In this document: positions 53,866 to 63,510 of the stretch, piece by piece | Layout: each line of letters opens with the position of its first letter | How positions within the stretch are numbered: the first letter of the stretch is position 1 | From: an uncultured Spartobacteria bacterium | GTDB lineage: Bacteria > Verrucomicrobiota > Verrucomicrobiia > Chthoniobacterales > Chthoniobacteraceae | Direction: 5' to 3' | DNA: 64,000 nt | Assembly (NCBI GenBank): GCA_903882875.1 | Contig: CAIRYQ010000023.1 | Location: 3,680-67,679 of the forward strand | Translations under genes and position numbers: made by a program | Notes under the pieces: generated by a model | Databases searched by the model: none | The model's input: the letters and a program-made list of their open reading frames with translations, nothing else | Told to the model about the DNA's origin: nothing

Positions 53866-55221
53866 CTAATCCCAGAGCCGGTCGAGCGCGCGTGCGACGG
53901 CGGCAAAAATGACATCAATCTCTTCGCGCGTGATCGTGAGCGGCGGCGCGATGGCGATGAGGTCGCGGATGCCGCGGACGATCACGCCTTCCTCGCGCAC
54001 AAGCTTCGATCCCCGGATGCCGAGCGCCGACGTGGGCGTGAGCGCGGACTTGCCCCCGCGCGGCACGAGTTCCATCGCTCCGATGAGCTGGCAGCCACGG
54101 ATTTCCGCGACGGCGGGATGCTTCACGAACGACTGGAGCTGCTGTTGAAAATACGGCCCGACATCATCGCGCACTCGCTCGACGAGATGCTCTCTTTCGA
54201 TGAGTGCGATATTCGCAAGCGCGACGCCGCAGGGCACCGGATGCCCGCTGTATGTGAAACCGTGGGCAAGGTAGCCGCCGTGGATTAGGATCTCGGCCAT
54301 TTCGTCGGCGACCATCGTCGCGCCGAGCGGGAGGTAGCCGCTGGTGAGACCTTTCGCGAGGCACATGAGATCGGGATCGAGGTTCCAGATGTCGCTCGCA
54401 AACCACGCGCCGAGCCGACCGAATGCGGTGATGACCTCGTCGGCGACAAACAGGATGCCGTGCTGCCGCGCGAGCGCGCGGAGCTTTGCGAGGTAGCCGG
54501 GCGGCGGGACGATCACTCCGCCCGCGCCCTGAATCGGTTCGGCGAAAATCGCGCCGATGGTGTCCGGCCCTTCGCGTTCGATGAGGCGCGCGGTCTCTGC
54601 GATGCACCAGTCGGCGTGCGCATCGGGATCGGATTCGCGGTTCGCCGCGTATGCGTGCGGCGCGGGCGCGTGGAGGAATCCCGGCAGAGGGAGATCGAAT
54701 GGCGTCTGGCAGCTCGGCAGCCCGGTCATGCTCGTGGTGGCAAGCGTCACTCCGTGGTAGGCAAATTCGCGCGTGATGATCTTCGTCCGGTGCGGCCGGC
54801 CTTTCAGCTTCCAGTAGGCGCGGATCAGTTTCAACGCGGTCTCATTCGCCTCGCTGCCGCTGTTGCTGAACATCGCGTGATTGAGCCGCGCAGGTGCAAG
54901 CTCGGAGAGCTTCGCGGCGAGCTCGATCGCGGGCTCTGTCGTGGTGTTAAAGAATGACGGGTAGTAGCAGAGCCGCTTCATCTGCTGCGTCGCGGCACGG
55001 ATGAGTTCGTCCCGGCCGTAGCCGACATTCACGCACCACAGCCCGGCAAGTGCGTCGAGGAGCCGGCGTCCATTTTGATCCGTCAGCCAGACACCGTTTC
55101 CCTCGCCGATGATGTGGGTGCCTGCCGCGTGCAACTCCTCGTGATTGGTGAACGGATGCAGTTGGTGCTCCGCGTCGAGCCTCTGCAGATGGGACAGCGT
55201 GCTCATGGCATGACTATACAT
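53866..55221 (-). CDS. Class III (omega) aminotransferase, PLP-dependent
   Basis: LWCVNVGYGR, FSNSGSEANE, AEPIQGAGGVIVPP and FVADEVITAFGRLG motifs. Confidence 0.85.
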   Translation of the reverse strand: MYSHAMSTLSHLQRLDAEHQLHPFTNHEELHAAGTHIIGEGNGVWLTDQNGRRLLDALAGLWCVNVGYGRDELIRAATQQMKRLCYYPSFFNTTTEPAIELAAKLSELAPARLNHAMFSNSGSEANETALKLIRAYWKLKGRPHRTKIITREFAYHGVTLATTSMTGLPSCQTPFDLPLPGFLHAPAPHAYAANRESDPDAHADWCIAETARLIEREGPDTIGAIFAEPIQGAGGVIVPPPGYLAKLRALARQHGILFVADEVITAFGRLGAWFASDIWNLDPDLMCLAKGLTSGYLPLGATMVADEMAEILIHGGYLAHGFTYSGHPVPCGVALANIALIEREHLVERVRDDVGPYFQQQLQSFVKHPAVAEIRGCQLIGAMELVPRGGKSALTPTSALGIRGSKLVREEGVIVRGIRDLIAIAPPLTITREEIDVIFAAVARALDRLWD

Positions 55222-55296
55222 GCTACGGATGCCACGTCCAATGCGAGTGCAGTGGTGGCCTTGACGGAAGGTGCGCGCCTCCTACGCTCGCGCGCC

Positions 55297-56907
55297 ATGA
55301 AATTCCTCCCGGTCGCCTTTTTCCTCAGCGCCGCACTGTCGTCCGCGGAGGAACCGGACTCACGTGCGCGCGGCGAGCGCATTTTTCAGCAGACGTGCAT
55401 CGTGTGCCATCAGGCGACCGGTCAGGGTGCGCCGCCGGTGTTTCCGCCGCTCGCGGGATCGGACTGGATCAAGGCGAACCGCGAGCGTGCAATCCGCGCA
55501 CTGTGCGAGGGACTTGGCGGGGCGATTCGCGTGAACGGCGCGGAATACAACAACCAGATGCCCGTGCAGCCGCTCGACGATCCCGGTGTCGCTGATGTGC
55601 TCACGTTCGTCTTTTCCTCGTGGGGAAATGCGGAGAAGGCCGTGACGCCGGCCGAGGTCGCGAAGGTGCGCAAGACCTCGAAGTTTCCGACCTACGAAAA
55701 ACTCGTGCGCGCGCACGCATTCGCGCCGTTGCCCGCCGCGCCGAAAGGCATGAAGGTTCGCGAAGTTGTGCAGCTCACCGATTTCGCCACGCGGCTCGCC
55801 GGGCCGGATCGCGACGGTTCTGTGTACGTCCTCGGGCAGAATGGCACGGTGTGGAAACTTGACGTGACGAACAACCTCCTCGCGCCGCTCGCGCAGCCAC
55901 CCGATCCCGGTGTCACAGCGCTGGGCCTCACACTCGCACCGGATGGGCATCTTTGGATGACGACGAATTGCGGCCGCGTCAGCGCCGGGCCGTACAAGCT
56001 CAACGAAACCGTGATCTGGCGCAGCAACGTCCCGGCGCGCGACGGCGTGGTGAACATGAATCCGTGGTTCACGCACCGGTATCCGTACGGCGTCGGGCCG
56101 TTCAACCACGGCATCTCACATCTTGCGTTCGGGCCGGACGGGATGCTCTACGTGAGCAGCGGCTCGCGCACGGACGGCGGCGAGCCAGGGAATGCGAAGG
56201 ACATTTTCAAAGGCGGCGAAGTCGAGACAACCGCGTGCATCTGGCGGCTCGATCCAAAAAACACGAAGCCGGAGATCGAAGTGTACGCGCACGGCCTGCG
56301 GAACGCGTTCGGCTTCGCGTGGGATTCCTCGGGAAACCTTTTTTCCGTCGTGAACGGCCCCGACATCAACGCGCCGGAGGAGATGGAATTCATCGAGCGC
56401 GGAAAGCACTACGGCTTTCCGTTTCAGTTCAGCAACTGGCCGCTCGAACCGCGCCCGTATCCGCACACGCCCGTGCCGCCGGCCGGGTTGAAATTTGCAG
56501 TGCCCGTGAAAAACCTCGGCCCGGCGGCCGGCGGAAAAAAGGACGGCCTGTGGACATTCGATCCGCACAGCTCGCCTGCGGGCATGACGTGGTGCGGCGA
56601 AGATTTTCCCGAACCGCTGCGGAATGGATTCCTCGTCACGCGCTTCGGAAACCTCCTCGGCGAGAGCCGCACGGGCATCGCGGAGGATGTTGGCTTCGAC
56701 CTGCTCTCCGTGCATCCGCTGCGCGAGGCCGACGGCTCGTGGAGCGCGCGGACGGAGAGCATTTTCTCCAAGCTCGGCAGGCCGATTGATGTGCTGCGCA
56801 CTGGGAAGGATCGCGTGCTGATCCTGGAATACACGCGCACGAGCAGCTTCAAAGACGGCCTCGGCTGGCTGCCGGGCCGCATCCTGGAACTGAGCACGGA
56901 GAAGTGA
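55297..56907 (+). CDS. Secreted cytochrome c domain fused to a sorbosone/glucose-dehydrogenase-like beta-propeller
   Basis: The ATG at 55297 gives signal peptide MKFLPVAFFLSAALSSA. Heme motif CIVCHQATG. The C-terminal region has SGSRTDGGEPG and HGLRNAFGFAWD, typical of soluble sugar-dehydrogenase propellers. Confidence 0.75.
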   Translation: MKFLPVAFFLSAALSSAEEPDSRARGERIFQQTCIVCHQATGQGAPPVFPPLAGSDWIKANRERAIRALCEGLGGAIRVNGAEYNNQMPVQPLDDPGVADVLTFVFSSWGNAEKAVTPAEVAKVRKTSKFPTYEKLVRAHAFAPLPAAPKGMKVREVVQLTDFATRLAGPDRDGSVYVLGQNGTVWKLDVTNNLLAPLAQPPDPGVTALGLTLAPDGHLWMTTNCGRVSAGPYKLNETVIWRSNVPARDGVVNMNPWFTHRYPYGVGPFNHGISHLAFGPDGMLYVSSGSRTDGGEPGNAKDIFKGGEVETTACIWRLDPKNTKPEIEVYAHGLRNAFGFAWDSSGNLFSVVNGPDINAPEEMEFIERGKHYGFPFQFSNWPLEPRPYPHTPVPPAGLKFAVPVKNLGPAAGGKKDGLWTFDPHSSPAGMTWCGEDFPEPLRNGFLVTRFGNLLGESRTGIAEDVGFDLLSVHPLREADGSWSARTESIFSKLGRPIDVLRTGKDRVLILEYTRTSSFKDGLGWLPGRILELSTEK

Positions 56908-56980
56908 GCGCACGCATGGACATAGCGCCCCCGATTCGCCCTTGCATCGCTTTGCACCGCCTGCGGAAAGTGCGCGCCTG

Positions 56981-57661
56981 ATGAATTCCCCGAAGCCATT
57001 TTTCGGCCTGCTGCAACGCCGGCAGTGCATCGTGCCCACATGGCGCGGCTGGCTGCTGCTCCTCCTTGCGTTCGGAACCGCAGGCGTGCTTTTCGTGCGA
57101 AACATCTACGGCTTTCTCGCGGTGAACGATCCGCTGCCGGGCGACATCCTCGTCATCGAGGGATGGTCGTCGGACTACGTCATCGAAAGTGCGGTGGAGG
57201 ATTTCCGCAAATCGCAATACAAGCGCATCTGCCTCACGGGCGGGCCGATTGATTTCGGGAACGTGATGCGCGAGCACAAGACCTTTGCGGAATACGGGAA
57301 GGCGATGTGTTTGAAACTCGGTCTTCCTGCGGACGTGCTCCACACGGTGCCCGCGCCCGCGGTGGAAAAGGATCGCAGCTATGCCTCGGCGCTCGCGCTC
57401 CGGCAGTGGCTGCGCGAGCACGGCGGGACGGATGTGAAAATCAACATCGCAGGCAACGGCGCGCACTCGCGGCGCACCCGGCTCGTCTATGAAAAGGCGC
57501 TCGGGCCGGGCGTGCATGTGGGCATCAGCACCATCGCGGAACAAGGCTTCGATCCGAATCGCTGGTGGAAGACGAGCCAGGGATTCCGCACCGTGGTGGA
57601 CGAGACGATCGCATACGCCTACGCGCGGTTTTTCTTTTCACCGCCAAAGCCGCAACCGTGA
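56981..57661 (+). CDS. DUF218/YdcF (ElyC/SanA-like) membrane-anchored protein
   Basis: N-terminal TM segment, then the ILVIEGW...LTGGP pattern of DUF218 proteins. Confidence 0.6.
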   Translation: MNSPKPFFGLLQRRQCIVPTWRGWLLLLLAFGTAGVLFVRNIYGFLAVNDPLPGDILVIEGWSSDYVIESAVEDFRKSQYKRICLTGGPIDFGNVMREHKTFAEYGKAMCLKLGLPADVLHTVPAPAVEKDRSYASALALRQWLREHGGTDVKINIAGNGAHSRRTRLVYEKALGPGVHVGISTIAEQGFDPNRWWKTSQGFRTVVDETIAYAYARFFFSPPKPQP

Positions 57662-58575
57662 ACCGCGGCTGGATCACTCCCGCGCAGTTCGCAGCCTTCG
57701 GTGCCGCAGGCACGGACGCGCACCGGATGTTTTCCGACACCGAGGGCTGGATCGAGCGGCTCGCTGAGGACGTGCTGCTTTCGCACAAGACCGACGCCGC
57801 ACGCGATGCGATGCACTGCGGCCTCGCGGAATGGGCTGCGGCGAACATCTGGCAGCCGCGGCGCATTTTCGAAAAGCTGCTCCCGAGGCAGAACGAGGAT
57901 CGCGATTCGCCCGTGCTGTTCAGCGGCGATCCCGCGCTGCCGCTCACGGGCGAGGTGCGCGAGAACGGCGTGCGTTACGGGCTGGATTTCGCGGCGGGAT
58001 ATTCGGCGGGACTGTTCCTCGACCAGCGGATGAACCGCGCATTTGTCCGCAATGTCGCGCCGAAGCGGATGCTGAACACGTTCGCATACACCTGTTCGTT
58101 CAGCGTCGCCGCGGCGCTCGCCGGGGCGGAAACCGTGAGCATTGATCTCTCGAAAAAATCGCTCGACCGCGGGCGCGCGAATTTCTTGATGAACGGGCTG
58201 GATCCGAACACCGGACACAAATTCATCGCCGATGACGTGCTCGAAGTGCTGCCGCGGCTTGCACGGCGCGCGGAAAACTTCGACGCCATCGTGCTCGACC
58301 CGCCGACATTTTCCCGCGGCAACAAGGGACGCCGCTGGCAGGTGGAACAACATCTGGAAGATCTCGTAATCGCGGCGATGGAACTCGCCGCGCCGCGGGC
58401 GAGTATCCTCGTGTCCACAAATTGCACGACGATCCAGTTCGCAGATTTGGAGCGCGTCGCGCGGTTCGCGCTGAAGTTCCACCGGCGTCCGGGCGATCTC
58501 CATCGCGAGGCACAGCCTCCGGATTTTCCGCCGGGCCACGGCGCGAGGACGCTGTGGATTTCGCTGCGCGGCTGA
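57658..58575 (+). CDS. Class I SAM-dependent methyltransferase, RlmI/RlmK-like
   Basis: GTG start with GTGA overlap. GLFLDQRMNR, LNTFAYTCSFSVAAALAGA and IVLDPPTFSR motifs of the RlmI-type MTase family. Confidence 0.8.
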   Translation: MNRGWITPAQFAAFGAAGTDAHRMFSDTEGWIERLAEDVLLSHKTDAARDAMHCGLAEWAAANIWQPRRIFEKLLPRQNEDRDSPVLFSGDPALPLTGEVRENGVRYGLDFAAGYSAGLFLDQRMNRAFVRNVAPKRMLNTFAYTCSFSVAAALAGAETVSIDLSKKSLDRGRANFLMNGLDPNTGHKFIADDVLEVLPRLARRAENFDAIVLDPPTFSRGNKGRRWQVEQHLEDLVIAAMELAAPRASILVSTNCTTIQFADLERVARFALKFHRRPGDLHREAQPPDFPPGHGARTLWISLRG

Positions 58576-58577
58576 GG

Positions 58578-59420
58578 TCAGCGCGGGCGCAGGGCGACAT
58601 CGAGGAAAACGGCGGCGACGAAGACCACGCTGACGAATGCATTGCTCTGAAAAAATGCGCGGTTGATTCCGCGGACATCGAGCGAGCGGGCGCTGCGCTG
58701 CTCGAAAATGAGCGCGACGGCGACCAGCGCGAGGCTGCCGAAATACACGCCCCCAAGTGCGGCCAGCCATCCGAATGCCGCGAGCCCGGCGAGCATGAGC
58801 CAGTGCAGCGCGGCGGCGACGACGAGGCTGCGCGCGACGCCCATTTTCACGACGAGCGAATGCAGCCCCTCGGCACGATCGAACTCACGATCCTGCGTGG
58901 CGTAGATGATGTCGAAGCCCGCGACCCACAGCAGCACGGCGAGTGCGAGCGCGAGCGGCGCGAGATCGAAATGGCCGCGCACCGCGAGCCATGCGCCGAC
59001 GGGCGCGACGGAGAGCGCGAGGCCGAGGAAGAAATGGCTGAAGTGCGTGAATCGCTTCGTAAGCGAATAGAGGAACACAATCCCGATCGCCATGGGCGAG
59101 AGCCAAAAGCAGAGCGGATTGATGAACCGCGTCGTGCCGACGAATCCCGTCGAGCTGACTGCGAGCAGTACGATGGCCGCGGGTTTCGGCAGCAGCCTGT
59201 GCCGTCCGGCGGTGCGCGGATTGCGCCGGTCAATTTCCCAATCCGCGAGGCGGTTGAAAACCATCGCCGCGGTGCGCGCGCAGACCATCGCGAGCAGGAT
59301 GAGCGCGCAGATTCTCCACCCGGGGAATCCACCCGCTGCGACGGCCATCGAGCCGAGCGCGAAGGGCAGCGCGAAGATCGTGTGCGAGAAACGGATGAAC
59401 CGAAGCGCGTCGGCGATCAT
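58578..59420 (-). CDS. UbiA-family polyprenyltransferase (4-hydroxybenzoate polyprenyltransferase-like)
   Basis: 280 aa, multi-TM. ARTAAMVFNRLADWEIDRRNPRT and YATQDREFD Asp-rich motifs. Confidence 0.85.
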   Translation of the reverse strand: MIADALRFIRFSHTIFALPFALGSMAVAAGGFPGWRICALILLAMVCARTAAMVFNRLADWEIDRRNPRTAGRHRLLPKPAAIVLLAVSSTGFVGTTRFINPLCFWLSPMAIGIVFLYSLTKRFTHFSHFFLGLALSVAPVGAWLAVRGHFDLAPLALALAVLLWVAGFDIIYATQDREFDRAEGLHSLVVKMGVARSLVVAAALHWLMLAGLAAFGWLAALGGVYFGSLALVAVALIFEQRSARSLDVRGINRAFFQSNAFVSVVFVAAVFLDVALRPR

Positions 59421-59429
59421 CTCACGGAC

Positions 59430-59939
59430 CTATGGGCGCTCCTCGCGGCCGCGTCCTTCGTCGGTCTCGTCGAACATCGCGTTGAGCCGGTCGTCCACGC
59501 GGATATCGATCAGCCTCCAAGTGTCCATCGGCTTGTAGAAATAGAAACGCCAGCGGAGCGGGAATTCCTTGCCAAGCGAGATCAGCGTGTAGCTCACGAG
59601 CCGCGTGCCGACTTTTTTCGTCACCACGGAATCGTAGCCGAGCATCGGGCCGAAGACCGTGATGGCCTCCCTGGTCTTCGACTTCAGCGTGCGCACGTCC
59701 TCGGCGCGCTCGGCGATCTTCGTGCCGCGCGTGAGCTGGTCGTAAGCTTGGTCCACTTCGCGCCGCTCGAGCTGCGTGAAAAAGCGCGCGATGATTTTTT
59801 CCGGGCCGTCCGCGTCCGAACTGGGCGTCTCCACCGCGAGGGTGGCGGTCGGCTTTGCGACGTAAGCCGGGACAGGAGGCTGCGAAAATGCGGCCGTGAC
59901 GAGCGCGCAGGTGAGGAAAAGTGTGAGGGATTTTTTCAT
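59430..59939 (-). CDS. Secreted hypothetical protein
   Basis: Signal peptide MKKSLTLFLTCALVTAAFS and normal composition. ATGA-type overlap with the upstream gene. Confidence 0.5.
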   Translation of the reverse strand: MKKSLTLFLTCALVTAAFSQPPVPAYVAKPTATLAVETPSSDADGPEKIIARFFTQLERREVDQAYDQLTRGTKIAERAEDVRTLKSKTREAITVFGPMLGYDSVVTKKVGTRLVSYTLISLGKEFPLRWRFYFYKPMDTWRLIDIRVDDRLNAMFDETDEGRGREERP

Positions 59940-60532
59940 GCGAGGAGCTGTTGGAGTTTGGTGCGAGGCGAGTCGGTGAGCGGTGCGCCGTGGGCGAAGG
60001 TCATGACTTGGAAATCACAAGACAACAGTTTTCTCAGCGACCGGCGAAGTTGTGCTGGGTCGGCGCAGTATTGGTCGGGGAGAATGCGGAGTCCATGCGG
60101 CGGCAGGTGGATCAGCGCGTCGCCAATGCACGCGATCCCGTTGCCGACGAGTGCGATCTCGCCGGGACCTGCACCGGGCAGCGAGAGAATCCGCATTTGG
60201 CCGAATGCAAGCTGGCCGTCGGCAAGCGTGCCGTCCGGCGTGATTTCGGGGCCCTCCGCACCGGTTGATGCGAAAATTTTAACACCCAGCAGCGCACGGA
60301 ATTTTTCCGCATCGCGCGTGTGGTTGCCGTTCGTGATCACGATGGCACGCGGTTTCCGTCCGTGGATCATTTCCGCAAAGGATGCGTCTGCGAGTTCGAT
60401 GGGATCCACGAGGATGAGGCCTTCTTCGGTGTCGAGCGCGCACGATGAAAGCTCGCACTTCACGGCGGGTTCATACGCATGCCACGAGAAGAGCGCGGGC
60501 GTGACTGTTTGAAAATCTGTCGCGAGAGGCAC
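59936..60532 (-). CDS. MBL-fold metallo-hydrolase-like protein
   Basis: GLILVDPIEL...AIVITNGNHTRDAEKF resembles the MBL-fold core, but the HxHxDH motif is degenerate (NGNHTRD). Confidence 0.55.
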   Translation of the reverse strand: MPLATDFQTVTPALFSWHAYEPAVKCELSSCALDTEEGLILVDPIELADASFAEMIHGRKPRAIVITNGNHTRDAEKFRALLGVKIFASTGAEGPEITPDGTLADGQLAFGQMRILSLPGAGPGEIALVGNGIACIGDALIHLPPHGLRILPDQYCADPAQLRRSLRKLLSCDFQVMTFAHGAPLTDSPRTKLQQLLA

Positions 60533-60572
60533 GGGGAAACCCGGTGGTTTCGGAGCGGGAGACGCGGCGCGC

Positions 60573-61058
60573 TCAGTCCTCCTCGCCGATGAATTCCTTG
60601 TTCAGCAGCAAGCCGTCGGCATCCACCTCGATGCGGTACTTGCGCTTCCCGAGCTTTGTCTGGCCGACGTAGTAGGTCTTGCGCTCGATGTGCTCGATTT
60701 CCGTGATGACTCCGGCCCCTGCCTCGCGCTGCATTGTGTCGCGGACGACAGCGGGGAGCGCCTCGATTCGCACCATGTGCGGGCCGCCTTCGCCGGTGTC
60801 GAGGCGCTTGCGCATCACGCGGCCCGACGCATCGAGGGAAAGTTCCCACGCCTTGTCGCCGACGAGGATGCCGACGATGTAGGCCGTGCCGTCGGATTCG
60901 TTGACCCTGCGGAATTCACGCACGGTGCCAGCGCCCCCTTTTTCGCGCGCGATGGTCGCCTGCACGGAGGACGGGATCGGGATGGTAAGCTTGCCGTCCT
61001 CCTCGGCAGACGCCGCCACGACGAAAGTGAGCGAGAGAAAGAGGGGGATGATTTTCAT
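60573..61058 (-). CDS. Secreted hypothetical protein with two PepSY-like repeats
   Basis: The ATG at 61058 gives signal peptide MKIIPLFLSLTFVVAASA. There is an internal duplication pattern (...V..FRRV.ESDGTAYIVG / ...ITEIEHIERKTYYVG). Confidence 0.5.
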   Translation of the reverse strand: MKIIPLFLSLTFVVAASAEEDGKLTIPIPSSVQATIAREKGGAGTVREFRRVNESDGTAYIVGILVGDKAWELSLDASGRVMRKRLDTGEGGPHMVRIEALPAVVRDTMQREAGAGVITEIEHIERKTYYVGQTKLGKRKYRIEVDADGLLLNKEFIGEED

Positions 61059-61107
61059 GACGGTGAATTGCCAGCGGATGCGCTGGGCGTCAATCGAGTG
61101 GATGGCG

Positions 61108-61944
61108 CTACTTCGTCTTCTCCGGCTCGATCCCTTTCCCTTCGTCGAGAAATGCAAGTCCCTGTTCGAGCCACGTCGCCGCTGGCAGATTGTGCCCGAC
61201 TCCCGGCGCTTCGAGATAGCGCACGTTCGCGAAGCCTTCCTTCCGGTAGCCGTCCTCAAATGCCGACTTCGTCCCCGGACGGTTGAAGTCCTTCTCGCCG
61301 GTCACGAGCACATAGCGGCACGCTTTTTTTGCGATCGCGAGCACCTCCGCGTCCGGGATGAAACTTGCGCCCAGCGTGCGCTTGCCGTCGCCCGCCGGGA
61401 TGTCCTCGTAAAAATTCACGCCCATGAACGGCATCGCGCCGCTGAACATGTCCGCGTACGCCACGCCGAGCATGCTCGCCACGCGCCCGCCGCCGGAGAA
61501 CCCGCTCACATACACGCGCCTGCCATCCACATTGAACCGCTCACGCATTCCGACGTTTGCGGCGAGTGCGAGACGGAAGCGGTCGAAGACATTGCGCGGA
61601 TTTCCCGACTTGTATGCGCCGACGAAGATGAGTTTCCGCGCTGCGAGCACCGGCTCCCAGTCCGCAGGAATCCCCGGCGCGTCGCCCGGCGAAATCCAGA
61701 TGAACACGCCCCATCGCTCGGAATGTTTGTAAGCCGCCGGCACGATGATCTGGAATTTTTCCTTCGCCAAATCGAGCGCCGCCGCGTCCTCGATCGAGTG
61801 CAGCCGCATCTTCATCTCCGTGGCATCCGCCTGCGGTGGGAGCTTCGCAAATTCCACGGTGCTCTTGCCGACGGTGAATAGCGGAAGCTCGGCACCCTGG
61901 AGGCAGCACGAGGACAATGCGAGGAGGGCGGACAACATTTTCAT
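61108..61944 (-). CDS. Secreted alpha/beta-hydrolase-fold esterase-like protein
   Basis: The ATG at 61944 gives signal peptide MKMLSALLALSSCCLQGA. GFSGGG nucleophile-elbow motif (GxSxG). Confidence 0.6.
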   Translation of the reverse strand: MKMLSALLALSSCCLQGAELPLFTVGKSTVEFAKLPPQADATEMKMRLHSIEDAAALDLAKEKFQIIVPAAYKHSERWGVFIWISPGDAPGIPADWEPVLAARKLIFVGAYKSGNPRNVFDRFRLALAANVGMRERFNVDGRRVYVSGFSGGGRVASMLGVAYADMFSGAMPFMGVNFYEDIPAGDGKRTLGASFIPDAEVLAIAKKACRYVLVTGEKDFNRPGTKSAFEDGYRKEGFANVRYLEAPGVGHNLPAATWLEQGLAFLDEGKGIEPEKTK

Positions 61945-62179
61945 ACGGTGCAAAGAAAACGATCTGCCGACGGCAGACACGAACTTTTCCGACAGCGTCT
62001 CACGCACAAAAAGCACGTCCGTCGCCTTGGGATGCCCTTTCGTCAATCCCCGTCGGAGAAGTCCGGATGCTCCGATTCACCGCATTGCGCTCTGACGCGC
62101 CCATCGGCCAGTTGACGCCCCTCCTGCTGCGCTGCACCGTCCCGCCCGCGTCCCGCTGCGGGCGCGAAGTGCACACCAC

Positions 62180-63487
62180 ATGAACGGAACCGATACTCTC
62201 GCACGCCTGCGCGCCGCGATCCCCGAGGGGGGATTGTTTGCGGAAAAGGACTGGCTGCTCTCGCCCGAGCCGCTGCGCATTGACGCCGCATTCGCCGAGG
62301 AACTCCAAAAGCTCGGCCGCCGCCTCACGATCTTCCAGCGCGCGCAGAACGAACTCTACCAGCGCAGCGCGAACGGCAAGGCACCCGCATGGATCGCCGA
62401 CTGCCTCGATCGCGGAAAGCCGGTGGAACTCATCGGGTTCGCGCGGCGCAAGCAGTTCCGCGCCGACGTGCCGCAGGTCATCCGTCCCGATCTGCTGCTC
62501 ACTGCGGAAGGCTTCGCGATCACCGAGCTGGACAGCGTCCCCGGCGGTATCGGCCTCACCGCGTGGCTCGCAAAAAATTACAGCGAACTCGGATTCGACC
62601 TCCTCGGCGGCGCTGACGGAATGCCCGCCGGCTTCCGCTCCATCCTCGGCGACAGCGCGGACATCCTCGTCTCCGACGAATCCGCCACCTACCGCCCCGA
62701 GATGCAATGGCTCGCCGAACGTGCGAACGAAACCGGCGCACAGTGGACCGTTCAGCGCGCGGAGGACTTCACTCCGCACTCCGCACTTCGCACTCCGCAT
62801 TCGCTCTACCGTTTCTTCGAGCTATTCGATCTCCCGAACATCCCCGCCGCACGCGCCATCATGGACGCCGCGGCGAATGGCGCGCGCATCACGCCGCCCT
62901 TCAAGCCGTGGCTCGAAGAAAAAATATGGCTCGCACTTTTCTGGTCGCGCCCCCTCCGCGAATTCTGGCGACGCGAACTCACTGAGCGCAACTGGCTCAT
63001 CCTCCAAAAGCACATCCCGCAGTCGTGGATTCTCGATCCCGCACCGCTGCCGCATCACGCCGTTCTGCCGTGGCTGAACATCTCCTCGTGGGACGAGCTG
63101 AAGACCTTCTCGCAAAAGGAACGCGACTTCGTTTTGAAGGTCAGCGGCTTCTCGCCCGAGTCGTGGGGCAGTCGCGGCGTCACCGTCGGCGCCGATGTCC
63201 CGCAGGCCGAATGGGCCGCCGCGATTGACCGCGCCGTCGCCGCCTTCCCGCATCACCCGCACGTCCTCATGCGCTTCGCCCGCTCACGCATCGTCGAGCA
63301 TCCGTATTTCGATCCCGCGACCGGCGAAATCCGCACCATGCGCGGCCGCGTGCGCCTTTGCCCGTACTACTTCGTCGCCGACGGCGAAACCAAGCTCGGT
63401 GGCATCCTCGCCACCATCGTCCCCGCGGACAAGAAGCTCATCCACGGAATGAGCGACGCGATTCTGGTGCCGGTGGCGGTGAAGTAA
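62180..63487 (+). CDS. Hypothetical protein (435 aa), possibly ATP-grasp-like
   Basis: Good coding composition. VIRPDLLLTAEGFAITELDSVPGGIG and LMRFARSRIVEHPYF are reminiscent of ATP-grasp-type ligases, but the assignment is weak. Contains a heptamer array at 62771-62804. Confidence 0.6.
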   Translation: MNGTDTLARLRAAIPEGGLFAEKDWLLSPEPLRIDAAFAEELQKLGRRLTIFQRAQNELYQRSANGKAPAWIADCLDRGKPVELIGFARRKQFRADVPQVIRPDLLLTAEGFAITELDSVPGGIGLTAWLAKNYSELGFDLLGGADGMPAGFRSILGDSADILVSDESATYRPEMQWLAERANETGAQWTVQRAEDFTPHSALRTPHSLYRFFELFDLPNIPAARAIMDAAANGARITPPFKPWLEEKIWLALFWSRPLREFWRRELTERNWLILQKHIPQSWILDPAPLPHHAVLPWLNISSWDELKTFSQKERDFVLKVSGFSPESWGSRGVTVGADVPQAEWAAAIDRAVAAFPHHPHVLMRFARSRIVEHPYFDPATGEIRTMRGRVRLCPYYFVADGETKLGGILATIVPADKKLIHGMSDAILVPVAVK

Positions 63488-63510
63488 CCGAGGCCGCGCA
63501 GCAGGGCCGC

